A DNA stretch of 64,000 nt. It comes from Candidatus Latescibacterota bacterium (GTDB lineage Bacteria; Latescibacterota; UBA2968; UBA8231). Numbering within the stretch: the first letter of the stretch is position 1; each line of letters opens with the position of its first letter. Below the pieces are notes generated by a model. It worked only from the letters and a program-made list of their open reading frames with translations, did not search any database and was not told the origin of the DNA. Shown in pieces: positions 18,611 through 28,840 of the stretch. Where the stretch lies: NCBI GenBank assembly GCA_965221775.1, contig CBDCSU010000006.1, positions 704,001 to 768,000 on the forward strand. Direction: 5' to 3'. The translations under genes and the position numbers were made by a program.

Positions 18611-19327
18611 CTACAGGCCCGCGGGCAGGAGAACCAGCTCCGGCACCCGCGCCCGTCCCGGCGTGGCGGCCACGTACAGGCAGGCGTCGGCCACGTCCTC
18701 CGGCTGCAGGGCTTTCGCCATGACCTCGGGCGGGGTCGGCGCCGGCCGCTGCAGGACGAGAGGGGTGTCGCACAGGCCGGGGAAGATCACGGTGGTGCGG
18801 ATGCCGTTGTCGCGCTCCTCCTCGAAGGTCCCGTGGGCGAGGCCGGAGAGGCCGCACTTGGTGGCCTGGTAGGCGACCCCCGAGACATCCGGCTTCTGCA
18901 CGCAGCCCGAGGAGAGGTAGATGATCAGCCCCGAGCCCCGGGCGCGCATCGCCGGCAGCACCGCCTGGGTGCAGTGGAAGGCGCCGGTGAGATTGGTGGC
19001 GATCATGTCGTTCCAGGTCTGGCGGGACAGGACCTGCAGGCTGCGCTCCGGGATGTTGGTCCCCGTGGCGTAGAGGAGGATGTCGATGCGGCCGAAGGCG
19101 TCGAGAGCGGTGCGGACGAGGCCGTCCACCTGGGCCGGATCGGTCGCGTCGGCGGGACAGGCCAGGGCGCCGTCGCCGATCTCGGCGGCCAGCGCCTCCA
19201 GCTCGCCGGCGCTGCGCGCGGCCAGCACCACCTTCGCCCCGGCTCCGGCATAGGCCCGCGCCGCCGCCCTCCCCATCCCCGAGCTGCTGCCCACGACCAC
19301 CGCCACCCGGCCGCTCAGTGCCGCCAT
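18611..19327 (-). CDS. SDR family oxidoreductase
   Basis: VAVVVGSSSGMG, YQATK (YxxxK). Confidence 0.9.
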   Translation of the reverse strand: MAALSGRVAVVVGSSSGMGRAAARAYAGAGAKVVLAARSAGELEALAAEIGDGALACPADATDPAQVDGLVRTALDAFGRIDILLYATGTNIPERSLQVLSRQTWNDMIATNLTGAFHCTQAVLPAMRARGSGLIIYLSSGCVQKPDVSGVAYQATKCGLSGLAHGTFEEERDNGIRTTVIFPGLCDTPLVLQRPAPTPPEVMAKALQPEDVADACLYVAATPGRARVPELVLLPAGL

Positions 19328-19441
19328 CGTCTCTCCTCCTTGCGGCCGGCGCGCGAACCTGCGGCCCTGGCGTGCCCGCCGCCGGCAACCCACACGTGGC
19401 CCGACATGGTCACCCGCGAGTCGACGGCGGCGTCCGACACG

Positions 19442-20656
19442 TCAGCGGACGTTGTAGTAGGTGGCGTAGAAGTCACGGCTCTCGCAACGCACCCAGTCGC
19501 GGTCGCGGCCCCTCTCGCCGAAGCGCCCGAGACCGAACTCCGCCAGGTCCTCCCCCGGGTCGCCGTCGAGCACCCAGCCCGCGAGCCAGCGGCCCACCGC
19601 GGCGGAGCCGGCAATGCCGAGGGCGGCGCAGGCCGAGGCCACGAAGAGCCCCTCCACCGCCGGCACCGGCCCGAGCAGGTAGCTGCCGTCGGGGGCGAAG
19701 GAGGTGACCCCCTGGCAGTACTCGGCCACCTCCAGCCCGGGCAGGGACGGGAAGAGCGGGGCCAGCCGGTCCGCGGCCTCGGCGATGGTGCCGCGCGGCT
19801 CGGGCAGGTCGGAGGTGCGGAAGCCCTCGTCCAGATCGACGAGATGCGGGTCCGGCTCGAAGAAGCCGTAGAGGTAGCCGCCGCGCTCCGGGCGGACGTA
19901 GCAGCTCGCCTCGGTGACGCGGACCACCGGGTGGTCGGCGGAGATGCCGGCGGCGGCGGTGCGGGCGCGCTGATGGCGGATCGTCTGCAGGGGCAGCTCA
20001 TCGGCGCCGAAGCGGCGCAGGAGCCGGCTGCTCCAGGGGCCGGCGGTGAGGACCACGCGATCGGCGGCGATCGTTCCGGCGGCGGTGCGCACGCCGCGCA
20101 CGGCGCCGCCGTCGACATCGAGACCCGCCACCTCGGCGGAGCACTCGATGCGGACCCCCAGGTCGCGGGCGGCGGCGGCGTAGGCGCGGGCGCACCGGCC
20201 GGGGTCGACGTAGCCGTCGCCGGTGACGTAACAGCCGCCCTCGAGGCGGGATACGTCCATGCCGGGGCACAGCCGCTCCATCTCGCCGCGGGAGACGAAG
20301 GCGGCCTCGACGCCGCTGGCCCGGGCGCGCTCGATCAGGCCTTCGTAGGCGGCCATCCGCTCCGGCGTCAGGGCCGCGAGCAGGCTCCCCGGCCGGCGCA
20401 GGCCCGGGTCGTGGCCGGACCGCTCGCCGAAGCCGGAGAGCAGGTCGAGGGCGTAGCGGATCGCCCGGCACATGGCCGCCGAGCTGCGCACCTGGCCTAC
20501 GAGACCAGCGGCGCGGGGCGTGGTCTCGGCCGCTACTTCGGGATTGCGCTCGAGAACGCGAACGGTTCCCGCGCCGCGCTCGGCCAGGTGCCAAGCCGTG
20601 CTGAGGCCCCAGATGCCGCCGCCGACGATGATGATGGTTTCCGTGTCGCTGCTCAT
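19442..20656 (-). CDS. FAD-dependent oxidoreductase (DAO/sarcosine oxidase beta/dimethylglycine dehydrogenase-like)
   Basis: IIIVGGGIWG, ETTPRAAGLV, SFAPDG. Confidence 0.88.
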   Translation of the reverse strand: MSSDTETIIIVGGGIWGLSTAWHLAERGAGTVRVLERNPEVAAETTPRAAGLVGQVRSSAAMCRAIRYALDLLSGFGERSGHDPGLRRPGSLLAALTPERMAAYEGLIERARASGVEAAFVSRGEMERLCPGMDVSRLEGGCYVTGDGYVDPGRCARAYAAAARDLGVRIECSAEVAGLDVDGGAVRGVRTAAGTIAADRVVLTAGPWSSRLLRRFGADELPLQTIRHQRARTAAAGISADHPVVRVTEASCYVRPERGGYLYGFFEPDPHLVDLDEGFRTSDLPEPRGTIAEAADRLAPLFPSLPGLEVAEYCQGVTSFAPDGSYLLGPVPAVEGLFVASACAALGIAGSAAVGRWLAGWVLDGDPGEDLAEFGLGRFGERGRDRDWVRCESRDFYATYYNVR

Positions 20657-20743
20657 GGCGGAAGACTACCTTGGCAGGAGCCTGGAGGCAATCGGCCTTG
20701 CCTCTCCAGCGCCGGCTCCCTCTCTCGATGGGAGACACAGACG

Positions 20744-23700
20744 ATGAAAGATCAACTACGACATCGATCACGCTCCCTGGCCCTGGCCGGGCTCATCCTG
20801 GCTGCGATACCGGCCGCGGATGCTTCACCCCCCCAGTCTGCCGGCGGGCATGCCCCTTTCAGCCGGGTCGTCTACGACGGGGAATCCGGCCAGGCCCCCT
20901 CCGCTTCCAAGGCGGCGGCCCTGAAGGACTGGCCGCAGCGCACCGTGAGGATGATCTACTTCCGGCCCGAGGACCGCCCCTTCCGCGCCGAGGTGGTCGA
21001 TTCGATGAAGGCTGCCATCGTGCAGATCCAGGCCTTCTTCGCGCAGCAGATGCGGGAGCACGGGCATGGGGACGTGACATTCCAGTATGAGACCGACGCT
21101 CAGGGGGAGCCGCTCGTCCACCGTGTGGTTGGAGAGCATGCCGACGAGCACTATATCGAGCAAGGGGGAGCCGTGCAGGAGGTTTCACAAGCCGTCCTCA
21201 GGGGAGGACGGGACATCGACCTTGTCGTCATCGACCAGAGCTCGCCTGTACTGCCTTCCCCCAGTGGAGGCGCAGGAGGCCTGGCCTTCATCGGACAGGT
21301 GAATCGTCAACCCTTCGGGACGGCCCTGGTCCCGGCCTCGGCCCACTGGACCACGGCTGCCCACGAGCTCGGCCATGTCTTTGGACTGGACCACGACTTC
21401 AGGGATGGCACGTACATCATGTCCTACGGTTTCCAGTCCCCGCTTCGCCTGTCCGCATGCAGCGCCGGGCTCCTGACCGTGCATCCCTACTTCAACCCCG
21501 ATGTCCCCGGGGCGCCGGGTCCGCCGACGACGACCATCGACTTCACCTCCCCTCCCGGCTATCGGGCCGGTTCGAGCAGCCACCCCGTGCGACTCACCGT
21601 CGGTGGCTCGGCGGGGCTCCACCAGGTGCTTTTCGTCGGAGCCACAAACCCCCCCCACTTCGCTGCCGGATCCCTCGAAGTACTGGGGTGCCGCTCCTAC
21701 TCGGGGGAGAGCGCGGCGGATGTCGAGTTCGACTACGACGGCGCCGTTCCGTCCGAGCCCCTCACGAGTCTCTCGGATCCCGTCGTTCACCCCCTTGGCG
21801 TGCGGGCCGTCGACCAATACGGCAGATGGGTCGTAGAGGGCTTCGTCGTGCATCAGCTCTCCCCCCTGCATATCGGCTCGCTGGAAGAGCCCGGGGCGGT
21901 CTCTGCCCTGGCCTTCGCCCCGGTGGGCACCTCGGTGGCCGCGGCGGGGGACCCCCTCTTCGGGCTCTGGGACGTGCAGACGCGGCAGATGGTGGCCAGC
22001 TTCGGAGAGGCCCCCGCAGCGTCGGTGGCGTTCTCGCCGGACGGCGCCACCCTGGCCACCGCGGCGTACGACGGCAAGGTCAGGCTGTGGGACGTGTCCG
22101 CGCGAACGATCACCAGCACCCTGGAAGGTCGGTCGCGATTCGCCGCCTCCCTGGCCTTCTCCCCCGATGGCGCCACCCTGGCCGCCGTGTCATCGAGGAG
22201 CACGGTCACCCTCTGGGACCTGGAGACGGAGACGGAGACCGCGGTCCTCAGTCATGATGCCCCGGTCTCCTTCGTGGCCTTCTCTCCCGACGGCTCCACC
22301 ATCGCCACCGCCACATGGAGTCCCCGGGTCCACCTCTGGGACGCAGCCGGGACCCACCTGGCCGTCCTCGCCGGACACGGGGAGTGGACCAACGGGCTGA
22401 CCTTCTCCCCCGACGGCGCCACCCTGGCCGCCTCGGGGACGGACGGTCTCGTCAAGCTCTGGGACGTGGCGGCCCGAAGGGATGTCGCCGACCTCGAGCA
22501 CAGGCGGATCGTCAGGTCCATGGCGTTCTCTCCCGACGGCGCCACCCTCGCCTGCGCCTCGGGATACATCGTCAGGCTCTGGGACGCGGGGACGCGGCTT
22601 CGGATCGACGTCCTCCCAGACGGCCAGTTCGCCGAGGCCGTCGACTTCTCCGCCGATGGCCGGACCCTGGTCTCCGGGACCCGGAAGGGGCTCGAGTTGT
22701 GGGATGCCTCGGAGTGGCTGCAGCCTCGGCCCCATGGGCTGGTGATGATCTCGGGAGACGGACAGGAAGGGGCTCCCGGCGCCGTCCTCGAGGATCCCCT
22801 GGTGGTGGAAGTGCAGGATCAGTACGGGGTCGCCATGGCGGGACAACCCGTCGTGTTCACCGTCGCCCAGGGCGATGGAAGGCTGGGCGGCAGGTTCACC
22901 ATGGAGAACACGGAGACCGATGCCAACGGCCGTGCGGAGAGCCGCCTCACCCTCGCCCCCGGCCCGGGAGCGGTCACCGTCGAGGCGAGGCTCTTCGGGT
23001 CAGATCCCGTGGTCTTCGGAGCCGCCGCCATCGGGGAACCTCCCGTCGGGGATGGAGATCCTCTCAAGTGGCACCTGCCCGACCGCGCGACGGCGCGCCT
23101 GGGCAAGGGCGCCACGGGACTGGGATTCGGCTCTCCCGTGGCCTTTACCCCCGATGGCCAACGCTTCGCCGTGGCCACCAGCATCGGCATCTGGGTCTAT
23201 GATTCGACGACCGCCCGTGAGCTCGCCCTGATAGCCGGTGCCTCGGCGACCACCCTGGCCTTCTCCGCCGACGGGACCACCCTCGCCGCCGGAGCGGGTG
23301 GGACGATCAGGCTGTGGGACGTGGCCAGTGGTGAGAGCAGGGCCAGTCTGAGAGGACATGACTCGGTATGGTCGGTGGCCTTCTCTCCCGACGGCAGCAT
23401 GCTCGCCTCCGCCTCCGGGACCATGGTCAAGCTGTGGGACGTGGCGACGCGCCAGAACACGGCCACTCTCGACGGGCTTGGCGGCACGGTGATGTTCCTC
23501 CACGGCGGCGCCACCGTCGGCGTCCTGGGCTGGGATGGCATCCTGAAGCTGTGGGATGCCACCAGCGAACCGATCCGGTCGCTCTTCGAGGTGCAACTCG
23601 GATGGGGTCCGTCCACGTCCTTCCCCATGACCCAGATGGCCTTCTCCCCCGATGGTGTCACCCTCGCCGCCGGTTGGGGAGACACGATCAGGCTGTGGGA

Positions 23701-26020
23701 CGTCGCGGCGGGAACCTCCCTCCCTTCTCTGGACAATGAGACCGGCATAACCTCGGTGGCCTTCTCTCCGCAGGGCACGACCCTGGCCGTCGGCTCACTA
23801 GGTGAGATCAAGCTGTGGGACGTGGCGGCGGGGAGCATCGTCACCACCTTCGAGGTACGGACAGGCTGGATGGGCCACCTGGTCTTTTCCTCTGACGGGT
23901 CCACCCTTGCCTCGGCATCGTCGAACACGATCACCCTGTGGGACCTGGCGTCCGGGACAGAGCTCGCCACCGTCGATCACTCCACCGAGGTCTATCCCGT
24001 GGAGTTCTCTCCGGGCGATGCCTCCCTCGTCGTCAGGTCGTCGGACGGCGTCCTGCTCCTGGAGGTCTCCACCGCGAATCTCGCCCGCCTTCGGGGCCAT
24101 ACGCACGCGACCGGAGTCAATTCCGTGGCCTTTTCCCGGGATGGCGCCACCCTCGCCACCGGTTCGATCTTCGTTGCAAACGTGTGGGACATCGTCACCG
24201 GGAGAAGCGTGGCCACCGCCACTCATCCAGCCGAGGTCAGCGCCGTGGCCTTTTCCCCCGTTGACGACGTTCTCGCCTTTGGCTCCTATGACGACACAAT
24301 CAGGCTGTGGGATGTCGAGAGGCGCGGCGACATCGCCAGCCTCGCAGGAGGGTTCGACGGCGTCATCTCTCTGGCCTTCTCCCCGGACGGAGCTACTCTC
24401 GCCGCGGGATACCAGGAGGGCATCGTCAACCTGTGGGATGTGGCCAGGACCCAGGCCCGGCTTGCCCTCGAGGGACACATGAGCGGGGTGCGGTCCGTGG
24501 CCTTCTCCCCCGATGGCGCCACCCTCGCTACCGGCTCCGTGGACGAAACCCTCCGGCTGTGGGATGTGGAGACGGGGACGGAGACCGCCCTTCTCGAAGG
24601 CCACGACGGTTGGGTCAATTCCGTGGCCTTTTCCCGGGACGGAACCCTCGCCGCCGCATGGGGGCCCACCGTCCGGGTATGGGATGCGGGGACCTGGGAA
24701 GAGGCCGCCGATCCCATGAGGCTTGGGGGTTGGGGCTATGCCGTAGCCTTTTCCCCCGATGGCACCAAACTCGCCGCCGGTTCCGGGAACACCGTTCTGC
24801 TGAGAGAGACCGGGACCTGGAGATCGCTCGCTACCTTCGATGGGCACACGGAGAGGATCAATTCCCTGGCCTTCTCACCCCATGGCGCCACCCTTGCCAG
24901 CGGCTCCCGGGACGGCACCGTTCTGCTGTGGGACATCGCCCCGGAGCCCCAGGCTCTGAGGAGGGTTTCGGGCGACCGCCAGGAGGGGCTCCCGGGGGCG
25001 CTCCTGGCCGACTCCCTCGTCGTCGAGGTGCGCGACCAGTATGGGGACCTGCTGGAAGGGGCCCAGGTGAATTTCGCGGTGACCAGGGGAGATGGAACCT
25101 TGACCGCGGCTACCGTGATCACGGATTCCATGGGGAGGGCCGCCACCTTCCTGACCTTGGGGAGCCGACAAGGCCGCAACACCGTGACGGCAACCGTGGC
25201 GGACGTCTGGCCGGTGACTTTCCGGGCCACCGGGCTGCCCATTCCCGGGGCTCTGATCAGACTCTCCGGAGAGGAGCTGGAAGGGCCGGCCGGCTCCGCC
25301 CTGGCCGAACCGTTCGTCGTCGAGGTCAGAGACCAGGTCGGCTCCCCATTGGCAGGGGCCGTGGTCACCTTTTCCGTCACCGGCGGCGGAGGGACGCTCT
25401 CCGCTGCCACCGACACCACGGATGCCGACGGCCGGGCCGCCACCAACCTGACCCTGGGCGAGGAACTGGGGGCCAACTCCGTCGAGGCAACCGTAGCCGG
25501 ACTCGAGCCGGTGACCTTCACGGCCACGGCCAGGGCTACCCCCGACTTCGACGGCGACGGCGAGGTCGGCTTCGACGACTTCTTCCTCTTCGCCGAGGCC
25601 TGGGGAGACAGCGACCCCCGCTTCGACCTGGACGGCAGCGGCTCGGTGGACTTCGCCGACTTCTTCCTCTTCGCCGAGAGCTTCGCCCAGCCGGCGCGGG
25701 CCAAGCTCATGGCCCTCGCCCGCGAACGGATCGGACTTCCCGATGGCCCCCAGCTGGGTCAGAACTGGCCCAATCCCTTCAACAGCGAGACCGTCCTCTC
25801 CTGGTTCGTGCTGCAGCCGGGGCCGGCGCGCCTGGAGGTGTTCGCCCTCACCGGGCAGCGGGTCGCGGTCCTGGCCTCGGGACACCACGAGGCCGGCCTC
25901 CACCGCCTCCACTGGGACGGGCGCGACCACCAGGGACGGCCCCTGGCCAGCGGCACCTACCTCTACCGGCTGGTCACCGCCCAGGAGGTATGGGCGCGCA
26001 AGCTGGTCCTGATCCGCTGA
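20744..26020 (+). CDS. Giant secreted protein: metzincin domain, WD40 propellers, Big_1 Ig domains, EF-hand/dockerin-like motif, FlgD-Ig/T9SS-like C-terminus
   Basis: Signal peptide; HELGHVFGLDH with Met-turn IMSY; many SVAFSPDG..LWD repeats; DFDGDGEVGFDDF..DLDGSGSVDFADF; WPNPFN..KLVLIR. Confidence 0.88.
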   Translation: MKDQLRHRSRSLALAGLILAAIPAADASPPQSAGGHAPFSRVVYDGESGQAPSASKAAALKDWPQRTVRMIYFRPEDRPFRAEVVDSMKAAIVQIQAFFAQQMREHGHGDVTFQYETDAQGEPLVHRVVGEHADEHYIEQGGAVQEVSQAVLRGGRDIDLVVIDQSSPVLPSPSGGAGGLAFIGQVNRQPFGTALVPASAHWTTAAHELGHVFGLDHDFRDGTYIMSYGFQSPLRLSACSAGLLTVHPYFNPDVPGAPGPPTTTIDFTSPPGYRAGSSSHPVRLTVGGSAGLHQVLFVGATNPPHFAAGSLEVLGCRSYSGESAADVEFDYDGAVPSEPLTSLSDPVVHPLGVRAVDQYGRWVVEGFVVHQLSPLHIGSLEEPGAVSALAFAPVGTSVAAAGDPLFGLWDVQTRQMVASFGEAPAASVAFSPDGATLATAAYDGKVRLWDVSARTITSTLEGRSRFAASLAFSPDGATLAAVSSRSTVTLWDLETETETAVLSHDAPVSFVAFSPDGSTIATATWSPRVHLWDAAGTHLAVLAGHGEWTNGLTFSPDGATLAASGTDGLVKLWDVAARRDVADLEHRRIVRSMAFSPDGATLACASGYIVRLWDAGTRLRIDVLPDGQFAEAVDFSADGRTLVSGTRKGLELWDASEWLQPRPHGLVMISGDGQEGAPGAVLEDPLVVEVQDQYGVAMAGQPVVFTVAQGDGRLGGRFTMENTETDANGRAESRLTLAPGPGAVTVEARLFGSDPVVFGAAAIGEPPVGDGDPLKWHLPDRATARLGKGATGLGFGSPVAFTPDGQRFAVATSIGIWVYDSTTARELALIAGASATTLAFSADGTTLAAGAGGTIRLWDVASGESRASLRGHDSVWSVAFSPDGSMLASASGTMVKLWDVATRQNTATLDGLGGTVMFLHGGATVGVLGWDGILKLWDATSEPIRSLFEVQLGWGPSTSFPMTQMAFSPDGVTLAAGWGDTIRLWDVAAGTSLPSLDNETGITSVAFSPQGTTLAVGSLGEIKLWDVAAGSIVTTFEVRTGWMGHLVFSSDGSTLASASSNTITLWDLASGTELATVDHSTEVYPVEFSPGDASLVVRSSDGVLLLEVSTANLARLRGHTHATGVNSVAFSRDGATLATGSIFVANVWDIVTGRSVATATHPAEVSAVAFSPVDDVLAFGSYDDTIRLWDVERRGDIASLAGGFDGVISLAFSPDGATLAAGYQEGIVNLWDVARTQARLALEGHMSGVRSVAFSPDGATLATGSVDETLRLWDVETGTETALLEGHDGWVNSVAFSRDGTLAAAWGPTVRVWDAGTWEEAADPMRLGGWGYAVAFSPDGTKLAAGSGNTVLLRETGTWRSLATFDGHTERINSLAFSPHGATLASGSRDGTVLLWDIAPEPQALRRVSGDRQEGLPGALLADSLVVEVRDQYGDLLEGAQVNFAVTRGDGTLTAATVITDSMGRAATFLTLGSRQGRNTVTATVADVWPVTFRATGLPIPGALIRLSGEELEGPAGSALAEPFVVEVRDQVGSPLAGAVVTFSVTGGGGTLSAATDTTDADGRAATNLTLGEELGANSVEATVAGLEPVTFTATARATPDFDGDGEVGFDDFFLFAEAWGDSDPRFDLDGSGSVDFADFFLFAESFAQPARAKLMALARERIGLPDGPQLGQNWPNPFNSETVLSWFVLQPGPARLEVFALTGQRVAVLASGHHEAGLHRLHWDGRDHQGRPLASGTYLYRLVTAQEVWARKLVLIR

Positions 26021-26030
26021 GGAGCATCCC

Positions 26031-26939
26031 ATGGCAGGGATCGAACCCTTCGCCGTCTCCAACGAACTCCTGGAACACCCGGGCCGCCTTCAGGAGCGGG
26101 CACGCCAGGACGGCTACCTCTTCTTCCGGGGCCTGATCGACGCCGATTCCGTCCTCGGCCTGCGCCGCGACTTCCTGGAGATCTGCCACCGCCACGGATG
26201 GGCCCGGGGCGGCGGGGCGCTGATGGACGGCATCGCCGCCGGCGGCCCCTTCGTGGAGGGCGACGACGGCTACTGGCCGGTGCTGGACGAGTTCCAGCGC
26301 CTGGAATCGTTCCACGCCTTCGCCCACCACCCGGCGATCCTGGAAATGTGCGACACGCTCTTCGGCGAGAGGACGCTCGTCCATCCGCGCAACATCGGGC
26401 GGATCATGTTCCCGGCGAACGCCAGCTACACGACGCCGGCGCACCAGGATTACATCCATATCCGGGGAACGCCGGAAACGTATACCGCGTGGATCCCCCT
26501 CGGCGCCTGTCCACGGGAGCTGGGCGGACTTGCGGTGCTCGCGGGATCGCACAAGGGCGGGCTGTACCCGGTGGAGCCGGCCCTCGGCGCCGGCAAGGTC
26601 GGCATCGACACGGCGCCCCTGGAGGCGCAGGGACTGCGCTGGGCGGCGGCGGACTTCGCCATCGGCGATGCCCTGTTCTTTCACAGCCACGCCGTGCACA
26701 AGGCCCTGCCGAACCGCAGTCCCGACCGGATCCGCCTCTCGGTGGACTACCGCTACCAGGGTTCCTCGCAGCCGGTCACCGAGGGATCGCTGCTGCCGCA
26801 CTTCAACCGCATGGCCTGGGACGAGATCTATGCCGGCTGGCAATCGACGAAGCACCAGTACTACTGGAACGCCTTCGACCTCGACACCGTCCCGCACCCC
26901 GGAACATCCGCCGCGGCGCGGGCGTCGGCGAAGGGATGA
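26031..26939 (+). CDS. PhyH family Fe(II)/2OG dioxygenase
   Basis: [37 protein letters not shown]. Confidence 0.9.
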   Translation: MAGIEPFAVSNELLEHPGRLQERARQDGYLFFRGLIDADSVLGLRRDFLEICHRHGWARGGGALMDGIAAGGPFVEGDDGYWPVLDEFQRLESFHAFAHHPAILEMCDTLFGERTLVHPRNIGRIMFPANASYTTPAHQDYIHIRGTPETYTAWIPLGACPRELGGLAVLAGSHKGGLYPVEPALGAGKVGIDTAPLEAQGLRWAAADFAIGDALFFHSHAVHKALPNRSPDRIRLSVDYRYQGSSQPVTEGSLLPHFNRMAWDEIYAGWQSTKHQYYWNAFDLDTVPHPGTSAAARASAKG

Positions 26940-26958
26940 CACAACAGGAGGCGATACG

Positions 26959-28017
26959 ATGAGACGGATCTTGATGGTGCTGCTGGCGGCGCTGCCGGCG
27001 GCCGCCGGCGCCGGGGAAACGGCCAGGGCCACCTTTGCCGGCGGCTGCTTCTGGTGCCTGGAGCCGCCCTTCGAGAAGCTGGAGGGGGTGAGTGCCGTCG
27101 TCTCCGGGTACATCGGCGGCCCGGAGTTGAACCCCACGTACCGCGAGGTGGCCGGGGGCAAGACCGGGCACCTCGAGGCGGTGCAGGTCACCTTCGACCC
27201 GGAGACGATCAGCTACGAGCGGCTCCTCGAGGTCTACTGGATGCAGTTCGACCCCACCGACGCCGGCGGCTCCTTCGTCGACCGCGGGCACCAGTACACC
27301 TCGGCGATCTTCGTCCACGACGAGGAGCAGCGGCGGCTGGCCGAAGCCTCGAAGTCGGACCTGGCCGCCTCGGGCCGCTTCGAGGACCCCATCGTCACCC
27401 CGGTGCGCGACGCCGACGTGTTCTACCCGGCCGAGGAGTACCACCAGGACTTCTACCGCAAGGACCCGTCCCACTACAAGCGCTACCGCTCCGGCTCCGG
27501 GCGCGACGAGTTCATCCGCGCCCACTGGGGCGGCGGCGGCGGGACCGGGACGCGCTACCTCAAGCCGCCGGAGAAGAAGCTGCGCCGCCGCCTGACCCGC
27601 CTCCAGTACGAGGTCACCCAGGAGGAGGGCACCGAGCCGCCCTTCCGCAACGAGTTCTGGGACAACAAGAAGGAGGGGATCTACGTCGACATCGTCTCCG
27701 GCGAGCCCCTCTTCCTCTCCGTCGACAAGTACGTCTCGGGCACCGGGTGGCCGAGCTTCACGCGCCCCCTGGTGGCGGAGAACATCGTCGAGAAGAGGGA
27801 CTTCAAGCTGTTCTACCCGCGCACCGAGGTGCGCAGCAAGCACGGCGACTCGCACCTGGGCCACCTCTTCGACGACGGACCCGAGCCCACGGGGCTGCGC
27901 TACTGCATCAACTCGGCGGCCCTGCGCTTCGTCCCGCGGGAGGAGATGGAGGCGGCCGGGTACGGCGAGTACCTCGCCCGCTTCGAGGCGAAGGCGCAGG
28001 CGGGAGAGAGCCCGTGA
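26959..28017 (+). CDS. msrAB: Peptide methionine sulfoxide reductase MsrA/MsrB fusion, exported
   Basis: [44 protein letters not shown]; N-terminal signal peptide. Confidence 0.95.
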   Translation: MRRILMVLLAALPAAAGAGETARATFAGGCFWCLEPPFEKLEGVSAVVSGYIGGPELNPTYREVAGGKTGHLEAVQVTFDPETISYERLLEVYWMQFDPTDAGGSFVDRGHQYTSAIFVHDEEQRRLAEASKSDLAASGRFEDPIVTPVRDADVFYPAEEYHQDFYRKDPSHYKRYRSGSGRDEFIRAHWGGGGGTGTRYLKPPEKKLRRRLTRLQYEVTQEEGTEPPFRNEFWDNKKEGIYVDIVSGEPLFLSVDKYVSGTGWPSFTRPLVAENIVEKRDFKLFYPRTEVRSKHGDSHLGHLFDDGPEPTGLRYCINSAALRFVPREEMEAAGYGEYLARFEAKAQAGESP

Positions 28018-28589
28018 CCCGGGACGAAGCCCTCGCCCTGATGCACGAGCACACGGCGTCGGAGCCCCTGCGCCGGCACATGTACGCCGTGGAGACCGCC
28101 ATGCGCGCCTGCGCCCGCCGCCTGGGCGAGGACGAGGAGGCCTGGGCCACCGTGGGCCTGCTCCACGACTTCGACTACGAGGCCCACCCCAACGAGGCGC
28201 GCTCCCCCACCGAGGGGCACCCGGCCTTCGGCGTGGCCCTGCTGCGCGAGCGCGGCTACCCCGAGCCCCTGTGCCGGGCGATCCTCGGACACGCCACCTA
28301 CAGCGGCGTGCCGCGGGACACGCCCGTGGCCCGGGCGCTGTTCGCCGTGGACGAGTTGTGCGGCTTCCTCGTGGCCTGCGCCCTCGTGCGGCCGTCGAAG
28401 AGCCTCGCCGACCTGGGCGTGCGCAGCGTCCGCAAGAAGCTCAAGGACCGCGGCTTCGCCCGCGCCGTCGACCGCGGCGAGATCCGCCAGGGGGCCGAGG
28501 AGTTCGGGGTGGATCTGGACGAGCACATCGACTTCGTCATCCAGGCGCTGCGTCCCGAGGAAGGGCGCCTGGGGCTCGGCCCCGGCTGA
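28014..28589 (+). CDS. HD (HDIG) domain protein
   Basis: [29 protein letters not shown]; GTGA overlap with msrAB. Confidence 0.88.
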   Translation: MTRDEALALMHEHTASEPLRRHMYAVETAMRACARRLGEDEEAWATVGLLHDFDYEAHPNEARSPTEGHPAFGVALLRERGYPEPLCRAILGHATYSGVPRDTPVARALFAVDELCGFLVACALVRPSKSLADLGVRSVRKKLKDRGFARAVDRGEIRQGAEEFGVDLDEHIDFVIQALRPEEGRLGLGPG

Positions 28590-28612
28590 AGCGGTGCCGA
28601 GCCCCTCGCTGA

Positions 28613-28696
28613 TCAGGCGCCGAAAAAGAACGGGCCGAGGAAGCAGACGACGATGGCGAAGGGAGCGGCGATCTCGGCGGGGCGGAAGGTCTGCAT
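28613..28696 (-). CDS. 27-aa hydrophobic small protein (sigma54 peptide family, member 3)
   Basis: MQTFRPAEIAAPFAIVVCFLGPFFFGA; RBS AAGGAGGA; sigma54 promoter at 28741-28755. Absent from the ORF track. Confidence 0.7.
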   Translation of the reverse strand: MQTFRPAEIAAPFAIVVCFLGPFFFGA

Positions 28697-28740
28697 GACA
28701 TCCTCCTTCGGAACGGTGGTGAGTTGTCGCCCTCACCACC

Positions 28741-28755
28741 GCAAGCGCCGTGCCA
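28741..28755 (-). promoter_or_regulatory. sigma54 (RpoN) -24/-12 promoter
   Basis: Minus strand reads TGGCACGGCGCTTGC, followed immediately by the 9-bp inverted repeat GGTGGTGAG-N8-CTCACCACC (28715-28740). Confidence 0.82.
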
Positions 28756-28840
28756 GACCCGTTCTCCCGGGGACCGCTCCGGCCACGCGAGTCAGAGGTG
28801 GCCGTCTCCGCACACGGGTGTCCGTTGGCGGACGCCCGCC

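Noticed and set aside
18833-20743. N-terminal 637 aa of the 2395-aa ORF
   Set aside because: Antisense to the SDR and FAD oxidoreductase genes. The real gene starts at 20744 with a signal peptide.
21890-24940. Recurring GCCTTCTCCCCCGA(C/T)GGCGCCACCCT-like repeats, superficially array-like
   Set aside because: They are in-frame WD40 codons (AFSPDGATL), degenerate at third positions. No CRISPR repeat-spacer structure and no cas genes.
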